NCBI GenBank assembly: GCA_025963485.1
Contig: JAOQAO010000187.1
Location: forward strand, 1 to 55,053
Length of the DNA: 55,053 nucleotides
Reading direction: 5' to 3'
From: Bacteroidota bacterium
GTDB lineage: Bacteria > Bacteroidota > Bacteroidia > Chitinophagales > LD1
Under the pieces are notes generated by a model, which was not told the DNA's origin, ran no database searches, and was given only the letters and a program-made list of their open reading frames with translations. The position numbers were made by a program, and so were the translations under genes. Position 1 is the stretch's first letter, and every line of letters starts with the position of its first letter. Below are positions 46,937 to 55,053 of this stretch, in pieces.

Positions 46937-48136
46937 CTATTTAGCAGCGCAGAACTTGCCTGTGGCTATTGATCTCCCTTCTGCATTCCTGACCGAATAG
47001 ATGTAGATGCCATCGGAGAGAGAACCATCCAGCCTGACCTTCATCAAATCCCTATTCATAGTGAATAAAGTTTTTTCAATTATCCTTCCAGCGACGTCTT
47101 GTATCCTTATCTCAGCTGGTTTTGAATTTTGCGTTAATGCTATCATGAACTCAGTCCCGGTGACAGGATTTGGATAGATAACAGATGTCAGATCGCTGGA
47201 GTTGATATCATCGATACCTGTAGCGACCGGCAGCTCAGTATTCAGATATACTCCACCGTTTGAGTACAAAGTACTGAATGTATTGTCTGTAAAATTGAAG
47301 AGCATTTGATAGTTGAATGATCCTTCGCGATAGAATACTATCCTGTTATATATAGGACCGGATGCTTGCCCCTGAGTGATACCAAATGCAGAGGTAAGCG
47401 TAGGAGGTGCCGGAGAGCCGCCCACATACAGACTGTCCAAACAGTATTGAGTGATCCTGTCCTGCAGTATGGGGATACTGGTATTGAACCCGGCCTGAGC
47501 GGGTAACTGCAGGGTGCCCCAGCCTATGACGGTATCCTGGCGGTTGAAGTAAAAAGCCTGCTGCATAGGTGTATGGTTTAGCGAAGCGGATGATACGCTC
47601 AGCTCCATATTTACTACATGGCGCAGGGAACTCTGCCATGCACTATTGCCAGTAGCGGGAAAAGCCACTACAGGCCTCGGTGTGGCGGGATAGTAGATCA
47701 CATTGTCCAGTACATAGAGCGTATCTGAATTGTTGCCGGTGAATGCTCCCAGGCCATAGGCCTGAGCCGGCACATGGATACCGATCATCTCAGATCCGGC
47801 TGCGGTGGTGGTATAGTACTGGTCAAATTTATAGCCTACCGATGGCGTCAGCCCCTTGACCAGATCGCGCACTACGAACTGTGCAGCCGGAAAATCAGGA
47901 TCGGAGCTGACAGCCTGATAGGTATTGTAGTACACAGTGCCGGACGTAGTATTGATGCTGGAGTAGTTCCAGGTCTGGCTGCTACCCGATGTCGGGATAG
48001 CGCCGACCTCGCTGGAGACATCCACTATCCTCACGGAGTCTGTAGGGAGTGGATAGGTAGTTTGATCCAATGTGATCTGGCAGTAGGCCGGGATAGCCGC
48101 TGCAGCAAGGAAGAGTGATGTAAGGACTTTTTTCAT
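46937..48136 (-). CDS. T9SS type-A cargo of unknown function
   Basis: Signal peptide; 'SG..QTWNYS' N-terminal domain; CTD IYPNPV...GRI....GIYIY.V....GK. Confidence 0.85.
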   Translation of the reverse strand: MKKVLTSLFLAAAAIPAYCQITLDQTTYPLPTDSVRIVDVSSEVGAIPTSGSSQTWNYSSINTTSGTVYYNTYQAVSSDPDFPAAQFVVRDLVKGLTPSVGYKFDQYYTTTAAGSEMIGIHVPAQAYGLGAFTGNNSDTLYVLDNVIYYPATPRPVVAFPATGNSAWQSSLRHVVNMELSVSSASLNHTPMQQAFYFNRQDTVIGWGTLQLPAQAGFNTSIPILQDRITQYCLDSLYVGGSPAPPTLTSAFGITQGQASGPIYNRIVFYREGSFNYQMLFNFTDNTFSTLYSNGGVYLNTELPVATGIDDINSSDLTSVIYPNPVTGTEFMIALTQNSKPAEIRIQDVAGRIIEKTLFTMNRDLMKVRLDGSLSDGIYIYSVRNAEGRSIATGKFCAAK

Positions 48137-48324
48137 GACAGTATTTGGGTTAGTGATTTAATACTGCAAAGGAACAATGTGGGATCGGTTGGGTTTCTAC
48201 TAATAAAATACGTATGGTTGGTTTCTATAGCAACAGCAATGTTTTTGGCCCACGACAGATGGTACTAAAAAAATACTAGGGTGTTCTTTTATTGTTTGAA
48301 GGCGCGTACATTAGAGCAATTAAT

Positions 48325-49938
48325 ATGAAAGATCAAGATAAATATGACGATGACCCTATCCTCCTGGAGAAGGTGTCCTTTACTGAGTGCCGCAGCATAC
48401 TGGCCGGCCAGCTCAAAGAGCTGTCGAAAGGTGGCAGCGAAAAAATAAAGATGATCCTCATGGCCCGGCTCGCGATGGCAGAGATGGGCCTGGGCAATAT
48501 GACTGAAGCAGAAAAACTGATCGATAAGTGCCGCAACCACATACTGGAATACGGGCCGCAGAAAGAACGCGGATATGTGACTTTCCTGATAGCAGTGCTG
48601 CTCAGCGCGCAGGCTGACTATGAAAAAGGAATGCCTATGGCCCTCAAAGCGCTGCATATATTCACGACGCTGGATATACCGGTATTTGAGATGAGGGCTC
48701 TCATCATGTGCGGGAGGTACTGTATGCGGCTCCATATGACCGACGAGGCTATAGAATATATGAACAGGGCGATAGAGATCAGCCGCAGTCTCGAGGACAG
48801 TGCGCAGACTATACTCTGTATGTTCAACCTGAATGATATCAAATCAGAAGTGTTGCCACAATCAGAAACGATCAGGAATGCAGAACAGCTCGTGAAACAC
48901 ATGACAGATACTATCGGCGATGCACCGTCCTATATGAAAGCCAATGTCTATGAGAACGCCGCGCGGGTAAATATCAGGGGCGGCCAGGTGAAGCGCGCAA
49001 AGGTCTATGCCAAAGTAGCCGACGATATCAGAGCCATGCTAAAGGAGGACAACGCCACACTGATGCCGGACTACTATATAATGCATGCTATGATCAGCGC
49101 TGTGGACGATGATGAGCGCGGGATGCTGGCATATACTGACACGTGTATCTCGCTCTGCCGAAAACAGAAGATCATCCTGGCAGCGCTACAGGCCTATGAG
49201 ATCAGGTTCAAATATTACCTCCGTCATGGCCAGCCCGACCTCGCAAAAAAATACCTGGACAAGGCAGCGGCTATGGCGCCGGGAGAAGAGAACCACCTAT
49301 TCGCAAGTATCCTCAGCCAATGCTATAGCGACTACTACAAAGCAACAGGCGATGCAAATAATGAGCTGAAGTACACTAAGAAATCGTATGAATATAAAAT
49401 GCATGCGCAGCAACTGGTGCTCACACACCGGATCAAACACCTGAACGCAATACACGAGCTGGAAATAAAGGAAAAAGAAAACGAGATCATGAAAAAGGAA
49501 CTCAACATCAAAAGCCAGGAACTCAACCTATCCAACCACTACCTGCAGCAGAGAAATGACCTGCTCGGCGACCTGAAGGAAAGCATCAATTCACTCAAAA
49601 AAGAGAACTCGCAAAGGGAGGTGATCTTCCAGACCCTCTTCCGGAAGATAGATATGGCCTTCAACAAGGAGGAGAATGAGAAAAACCTGTTCAAGGAAAA
49701 GTTTGATAAGGCTCATACGGATTTTATCCGGAACCTGAGCAATGAATATCCGAAGTTGAGTGTGACGGAGTGCAGAGTTTGTGCGCTGCTGCATTCTGGT
49801 TTTAATACAAAGGAGATCGCTACTCTGCTGTCAACTACAGAAAGGAATATAGAAACACACCGGCTGCATGTCAGAAAGAAAATGAACCTGAAGAGGAATG
49901 ACAATCTGAACCTGGTGCTGGCGTCGATAAAATTCTAA
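48325..49938 (+). CDS. TPR-repeat transcriptional regulator with a C-terminal LuxR-type HTH
   Basis: Helical TPR-like repeats, a coiled coil (ELEIKEKENE..KKEL), then YPKLS.TE.RVCALL..G..TKEIA.LL....RNIETHR..VRKK; no TM or signal peptide seen. Confidence 0.85.
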   Translation: MKDQDKYDDDPILLEKVSFTECRSILAGQLKELSKGGSEKIKMILMARLAMAEMGLGNMTEAEKLIDKCRNHILEYGPQKERGYVTFLIAVLLSAQADYEKGMPMALKALHIFTTLDIPVFEMRALIMCGRYCMRLHMTDEAIEYMNRAIEISRSLEDSAQTILCMFNLNDIKSEVLPQSETIRNAEQLVKHMTDTIGDAPSYMKANVYENAARVNIRGGQVKRAKVYAKVADDIRAMLKEDNATLMPDYYIMHAMISAVDDDERGMLAYTDTCISLCRKQKIILAALQAYEIRFKYYLRHGQPDLAKKYLDKAAAMAPGEENHLFASILSQCYSDYYKATGDANNELKYTKKSYEYKMHAQQLVLTHRIKHLNAIHELEIKEKENEIMKKELNIKSQELNLSNHYLQQRNDLLGDLKESINSLKKENSQREVIFQTLFRKIDMAFNKEENEKNLFKEKFDKAHTDFIRNLSNEYPKLSVTECRVCALLHSGFNTKEIATLLSTTERNIETHRLHVRKKMNLKRNDNLNLVLASIKF

Positions 49939-49998
49939 AATAAGAAGTGTTGCTTCGATAGCGACAACAGGCAGATAAAATTACGTACTAGCATTACA

Positions 49999-50688
49999 CT
50001 AAGGAAATAACCTCCTAAGTTCTTCGCAGAATAAATATAAGCTATGATTATAGTCTTCCGCCTTTTGGCGATCCTTTTTTCTTGTCAAACGGCCACTAAG
50101 AAAAATAGAAGACTCAAAGGCACCATTATTAGACTTAAGTGATTTATAGAGCTTGAGGCTTTTAGAATTCATGAAGGTTTTTAATCTTATTGCTAATTGA
50201 TTTTTAGGATCATTAATTGAGCTTGTATCTAGTCTTAAAGAATCATCCAGCAAAGCAATAACCCACGCTTCTATTTCTTCTATAGCTATGGCGTGGGTAA
50301 CATTACAGTTTGGAATCGTTCCTAACCAATTTGTAATTTGGCCTATTACAAGATTTCGCAAGCCAGTTGAATAATTTTCTAAATCTGCATTTTCCTTAAG
50401 CGGTCTGGCTATTCCATAATCCTCACATTCAGCGGTGTCTATATGGACAATCAACAATTTATCCTCATTGGGAAATAAAGAAAAAAACTTATCTACTTCG
50501 GTTTTGTCTATACACTCTTGTCTAACAATATTCCAATTGCTAAAGGCATCATCATCACCATCGGTTGCATCTTCTTTAGGTCTAATAAATTTAATGTCAT
50601 CTGATGAATCAATCGGCACCAATTTGGTAACTATATTGCATATCACCCCACAATCGTCCCAACCCTCAGCAATGATACCAACTTTCAT
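49999..50688 (-). CDS. TOPRIM-like protein (DUF4276/RloB/AriB-like), partner of the adjacent ATPase
   Basis: N-terminal 'VGIIAEGWDD', 'IVHIDTAE', 'AIEEIEAW', C-terminal 'NHSL..F'; 5 nt downstream of the ATPase; AT-rich. Confidence 0.6.
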   Translation of the reverse strand: MKVGIIAEGWDDCGVICNIVTKLVPIDSSDDIKFIRPKEDATDGDDDAFSNWNIVRQECIDKTEVDKFFSLFPNEDKLLIVHIDTAECEDYGIARPLKENADLENYSTGLRNLVIGQITNWLGTIPNCNVTHAIAIEEIEAWVIALLDDSLRLDTSSINDPKNQLAIRLKTFMNSKSLKLYKSLKSNNGAFESSIFLSGRLTRKKDRQKAEDYNHSLYLFCEELRRLFP

Positions 50689-50693
50689 GAGAG

Positions 50694-51935
50694 TTACATT
50701 ATCGGATTTAATCCACCTATATAATCTTCAATGAAAAGTTCAGACAATTTGTATTTCTTGTCTGTGGTTGGCTTGGCTTCAACTCTTTGAACAATTGTAT
50801 GACCTTTAAGATTTCTCCTTACAACAAATAATCTTTGCTCTGGATCCTTCAAATTTAATCCGTCCAAAATTGCGGGGCTCTGAGTTGCTATTAACACCTG
50901 CTTATTCTTAATCACTGAAATTTTTGCAATAGCTTTAACCAAATTTTCGCAGAGCCTAGGATTTAAGGTGTTTTCTATATTATCTATCGCGAAAAAACCT
51001 GGTGTAATCTCGCTGACCATTAGAGCCAAGTAGAACATAGCATGTAAGGCACCTTCGTTTGTATTCTCTGCGGATAAGATAGCATTACCTCTTTTCATGA
51101 ATTTGTCCTGCAAATACAAAAGTGATTTTGACCTACCTATCTTGTGACCTTCAAATTTAAGGGCGTTATCACTATCTATAAAAAAATCTTTTAGCCAATC
51201 AATGAATTTATGCTGCTTAAGTAATTGAATATCTTGCTCCTTAAAAGAAGATAGCAAAATATCCAATCCTTCTCCAGAAACACCTAACGGGCGAGTATAA
51301 TTTTCACCTGAATTAATTCCACGCAATACATTTGTCTGAATATTGAATATTACATAATTAATCAACCTTGTATATTGCTTAACTATCTCTTGCTGATAAA
51401 TTCTTTTGGTGATTAATGGGCGTTCCTCTTTTATAAATTTATCGACTTGCTGTCTAATTATGCCATCTAATTCTTTTTTAGAAAGTGTTTTAGCTTCTTT
51501 TTTTAGTTTTTCAGCGACCTGACTTTGGAGTGCTTCCCGGGTAAATATTTTTTCATAAATACTTGTTAACCTATTCAACTGATCCTCCTCAGCTTGGTCA
51601 ATCCAGTCCCCAAAAATGTTATCTGCTTCAGAACAGCTTAATCGACTTTCAATCTTTTCGTCTTCATCACCTGTCAGACTTAAAATAATAGACCCTTTAG
51701 ACTTCAATCCTGTAAAAGAATTTATTGTCAAATTGGGTTTTGCTACGCGAACACCTTTATTAAATAATGTTTGAGGATTGAGTTGATTTCCTTTGGCTGC
51801 ACTCATCATTGCCAAAGCTTCTAAAATATTACTCTTACCGCTTCCATTTGCTCCGATAAAAACATTTATCCTACCAAGCTGAATTTTTACGTCAACAATG
51901 GATTTAAAGTTCTGTATAGTTAATTCGCGAAACAT
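50694..51935 (-). CDS. ABC-type (AAA_15/AAA_21-like) ATPase
   Basis: IQNFKSI, Walker A GANGSGKSN, helical insert, ENTNEG signature, Walker B FFAIDNIE, ATQSP, C-terminal LSELF..YIGG. Confidence 0.88.
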   Translation of the reverse strand: MFRELTIQNFKSIVDVKIQLGRINVFIGANGSGKSNILEALAMMSAAKGNQLNPQTLFNKGVRVAKPNLTINSFTGLKSKGSIILSLTGDEDEKIESRLSCSEADNIFGDWIDQAEEDQLNRLTSIYEKIFTREALQSQVAEKLKKEAKTLSKKELDGIIRQQVDKFIKEERPLITKRIYQQEIVKQYTRLINYVIFNIQTNVLRGINSGENYTRPLGVSGEGLDILLSSFKEQDIQLLKQHKFIDWLKDFFIDSDNALKFEGHKIGRSKSLLYLQDKFMKRGNAILSAENTNEGALHAMFYLALMVSEITPGFFAIDNIENTLNPRLCENLVKAIAKISVIKNKQVLIATQSPAILDGLNLKDPEQRLFVVRRNLKGHTIVQRVEAKPTTDKKYKLSELFIEDYIGGLNPIM

Positions 51936-51969
51936 AATTGAATTATCCTTAAAGATAAAGAAGTTTTCT

Positions 51970-52920
51970 TTACTTGTTATTCCTATTGAGGTACTTGGAG
52001 ATCAGATAGCTATTCCTATCTGAAGCAGAGCGTGAGACGAGCTCTGCTAGAAAGCCAGCAAGAAACAACTGTACACCAACGATGATAGCAAGTAAACCCA
52101 TGTAGAATAATGGTCTCTCTGTCATGCGGTAAACCTCGAAGACGAATTTGGCCATGGTGAGGTAGACGGTGATCATAAATCCTATGAGAAAACACAATAC
52201 TCCGAGACCTCCGAACAAGTGCATAGGGCGTTTGGAAAAGCGGGTCATAAATGATACCGACAACAGGTCCAGCAATCCAAAGAGGAAGCGTTCGATGCCG
52301 AATTTGGTCACGCCGTATTTGCGAGCCTGGTGCTGGACTATCTTCTCCCCTATCTTGTCATAACCTGCCCGCTTAGCCAGGATGGGTATATAGCGGTGCA
52401 TTTCGCCGTATATCTCTATGCTCTTTACGACCTCATTGCGATAGGATTTCAGGCCGCAGTTGAAGTCGTGAAGATTGCCAATGCCAGATGCTACACGCGC
52501 GGCCCAATTGTACAGCTTAGTAGGAATTGTCTTGGTGATCGGGTCAAAGCGTTTTTGCTTCCAGCCGGATACAAGATCGAATCCATCCTGCACGATCAGG
52601 CGGTAGAGTTCCGGTATTTCATCCGGTGAATCCTGCAGATCGGCATCCATGGTAATGACCACATCGCCCTGCGCTTCGCCGAAGCCTACATTCAGAGCGG
52701 CGGATTTGCCATAGTTGCGGCCAAACTTGATACCTCTAAGTGTAGGATAAGTGGAAGACAGTTGTTCTATCACAGACCATGACTTATCCTTGCTGCCATC
52801 GTCCACCATGATGACCTCATAGCTGAAGCTATGCTCACGCATGATGCGGTCTATCCAGGACATGAGCTCCGGGAGAGATTCTTCTTCGTTATACAATGGC
52901 ACTACTACTGATATCTGCAT
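51970..52920 (-). CDS. Glycosyltransferase family 2 (DPM1/ArnC-like)
   Basis: VVPLYNEE, VDDGSKD, RNYGKSAAL, MDADLQD, DFNCG, EMHRYIP; two C-terminal TM helices. Confidence 0.92.
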   Translation of the reverse strand: MQISVVVPLYNEEESLPELMSWIDRIMREHSFSYEVIMVDDGSKDKSWSVIEQLSSTYPTLRGIKFGRNYGKSAALNVGFGEAQGDVVITMDADLQDSPDEIPELYRLIVQDGFDLVSGWKQKRFDPITKTIPTKLYNWAARVASGIGNLHDFNCGLKSYRNEVVKSIEIYGEMHRYIPILAKRAGYDKIGEKIVQHQARKYGVTKFGIERFLFGLLDLLSVSFMTRFSKRPMHLFGGLGVLCFLIGFMITVYLTMAKFVFEVYRMTERPLFYMGLLAIIVGVQLFLAGFLAELVSRSASDRNSYLISKYLNRNNK

Positions 52921-52929
52921 TGGTATCCT

Positions 52930-53499
52930 TTATCCTTGTATCGTATTCTTTTCATTCATCCGTATCAGGTCTTCCGAACTTCTTTTGATAAACATAGCCA
53001 CAAGTAATGAAAAAACCGCTGTCCCGGCAAGCATCAATCCCAGGTTCTTAGCCATATCGGCATAAGAAGGGTCTTCGATCCTGATCTGGTCCAGTTCTTC
53101 TTTTTGCTGCTCGGCTGTCTTATTCATCATTTTCATTTCGCCTTTCGCCTTCTCTACTCTGATGGTATATATCTTTTGGGGGAAGTCCTTATCAATTAAT
53201 TTATTGACCAGAAGCGTGGAAAAAACATTGCCGACGCTGCAAAACGCAAACACGATATACACCGCGACGAACGCATGAGAAAACGAAATGACATTGTAAT
53301 TATTGCTTCTGTAAGCTATACCGCTCCATATGGCTAGCATCAATACCATACCGATATAAAATACGCTCATCATGCCTGCCAGAAACATACTCATGAACAT
53401 GGCCTTGTAAAAGAAATATGACATCAGGCCAAGCATAACCACGGCTACGTAAGCTACCAACCCAACACGTACCGGTATATTAAAACTGAACTTATCCAT
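52930..53499 (-). CDS. DUF4199-like membrane protein
   Basis: Four TM helices with a charged loop; position between pyrC and GT2 is typical of Bacteroidota. Confidence 0.7.
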   Translation of the reverse strand: MDKFSFNIPVRVGLVAYVAVVMLGLMSYFFYKAMFMSMFLAGMMSVFYIGMVLMLAIWSGIAYRSNNYNVISFSHAFVAVYIVFAFCSVGNVFSTLLVNKLIDKDFPQKIYTIRVEKAKGEMKMMNKTAEQQKEELDQIRIEDPSYADMAKNLGLMLAGTAVFSLLVAMFIKRSSEDLIRMNEKNTIQG

Positions 53500-54766
53500 T
53501 CGCCAGTGCCATTTTGTCCTTATGAATGACTCCGATCGCCTTGCCTGTAAACTCTGTACCTATAAAAGGAGTATTCTTTGAGCGGGAGCGGATATCTTTT
53601 TCCGTGAAGGTCCATTTTTGTGAAGGATCGAAGAGGGTCAGGTCTGCATCTTCGCCTTCCTTGATAGTACTGGCAGGCAGACCAAGTATTTTTCTTGCAT
53701 TCAGGGAGAATAGTTCGACCATCTTCGTCGTATCTACTTTGCCGCTAAGCGCCGTGTTTGCTACAGCATATGCTGTCTCGAGGCCTATCATACCATAGTC
53801 CGCTTTGTCAAATTCTAGCTTCTTGCATTCTTCATCCTGCGGATTATGCTGGGAGCTGATCGTGTCTATCGTTCCCTCCTCAATGCCCTTGATCAGCGCC
53901 GCTATATCCGCCTTCGTGCGCAGGTGCGGATTGACTTTACAGTTAGTATTGTATTGCCCTACTGCTGTTTCGTCGAGGAGGAGGTTATACGCATTGACAG
54001 ATGCCGATATAGCGAGTCCCTTCTTTTTTGCAGCCTTTATAAGTGCTGTAGATTGTTTGACAGAAATATCCAAAAGATGCAACCGTGAAGCAGTGTATTC
54101 CAGCAAATAAAGATCGCGTGATACAGCTATCTCCTCCGCGAGGGCAGCGGCTCCGGGCAGTCCAAGGCGGATACTGATCACACCTTCATTCATCATACCA
54201 TTCTTAGAGACACTTTTGTCCTCAGGGTGGTTCATCACCAGGCCGCCGAAGGCCTTAACATAAAGGAGTGCCCGCTCGATCATTCCGGCATCAGGGCTTG
54301 ACTTCAGCCCATCGCTGAATGCAACAGCACCAGCATCGTACATATCATACATGTCCGCCAGGTCTTTACCCTGCAGGTCGTGCGTGAGGGCGCCGACAGG
54401 ATGCACCGATACGATATTATCTTTTGATTTATTGACCAGGTAGTCTATCTGCGCCTTGCTCTGCGTGACAGGCTGCGATCCCGGCATCACACATACATGC
54501 GTGAAACCTCCTGCAGCAGCAGCCCGGCAACCGGACTCTACAGTCTCTTTCTGCTCGAAGCCCGGATCATAGAAGTTCACATTCATATCGACCCAGCCCA
54601 GGGACACATGGAGATTGCCCGCCCTGATCTCTTTGGCGCGGGATACGTCGGATATCTTTGCAGCTATCTTTTTGATCTTGCCGTTTGAAATAAGAATGTC
54701 GACTACCTTGGTGTGATATGGAGAGCCGGGGTGTATGACGCGCGCTGCGCGGATGATGATGTCCAT
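53492..54766 (-). CDS. pyrC: Dihydroorotase-family protein (possibly the non-catalytic PyrC' type)
   Basis: DPGFEQKET..SG..AAAAGGFT, GAVAFSD, K.NP.LR, S.SKNTPF. The metal HxH appears as D-M-N-V-N and the usual DHAP as QHNP. Confidence 0.85.
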   Translation of the reverse strand: MDIIIRAARVIHPGSPYHTKVVDILISNGKIKKIAAKISDVSRAKEIRAGNLHVSLGWVDMNVNFYDPGFEQKETVESGCRAAAAGGFTHVCVMPGSQPVTQSKAQIDYLVNKSKDNIVSVHPVGALTHDLQGKDLADMYDMYDAGAVAFSDGLKSSPDAGMIERALLYVKAFGGLVMNHPEDKSVSKNGMMNEGVISIRLGLPGAAALAEEIAVSRDLYLLEYTASRLHLLDISVKQSTALIKAAKKKGLAISASVNAYNLLLDETAVGQYNTNCKVNPHLRTKADIAALIKGIEEGTIDTISSQHNPQDEECKKLEFDKADYGMIGLETAYAVANTALSGKVDTTKMVELFSLNARKILGLPASTIKEGEDADLTLFDPSQKWTFTEKDIRSRSKNTPFIGTEFTGKAIGVIHKDKMALANG

Positions 54767-54972
54767 CGGATAGTTTTACCGGAAACCAAAAATAAGAAAA
54801 TAAGCGATATATCAGTGGGTATAAAGGGGCAAGGACTTGGGGACGAGAGAGAATACAGCATTCCAACATATGAATCCGGGCTATTTATGCTGCTGTGCGG
54901 CCCCTAAAGGGCAGGCTGTTTCATTTTAGTATTTCAACGTCTAAAATGGCGGTATTATTGCTTCTGCGTCGC

Positions 54973-55006
54973 CTCCAAACCTCCTAAAGGAGAGCTTTAA
55001 TACATT
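54973..55006. repeat. REP-like hairpin repeat
   Basis: ctccaaacctcctaaaggagagctttaatacatt; shares the taatacatt tail with the 12451 copy. Confidence 0.5.
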
Positions 55007-55053
55007 GCGAAGGATTCATGTATTCTCTTGCCTTTTTTACTACTGAAGCATTG

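Overview
A gene-dense chromosomal window from a Bacteroidota organism, judged by its type IX secretion (T9SS) cargo, a PorP/SprF gene, TAnnTTTG promoters and the pyrC-DUF4199-GT2 synteny. It holds about 46 CDS and one tRNA-Leu(CAA). Housekeeping genes include pdxJ, nnr, mlaEF, sucD, an enoyl-CoA hydratase, comF and pyrC. Envelope genes include a TPR/beta-barrel/HU-SPOR cluster, sdpRI, DUF805/CCC-motif/DUF2752 and a flotillin. A 14-kb T9SS locus carries two paralogous ~1,700-aa type-B-CTD proteins (shared C-terminal ~1,220 aa, unrelated N-termini), one PorP/SprF and a PorE-like OmpA. There are also three type-A T9SS cargo, two divergent orphan histidine kinases and arrays of small paralogous lipoproteins. 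The best candidate for an undescribed system is an AT-rich two-gene insert (49999-51935) encoding an ABC-type ATPase with non-canonical motifs and a TOPRIM-like partner, which has the layout of an anti-phage or toxin-antitoxin module. Also seen: a frameshifted gene, an unannotated 29-aa membrane microprotein, candidate operators and several classes of intergenic repeat. No CRISPR array, integrase or transposase was seen. All family calls come from motif recognition by eye; no database searches were run.
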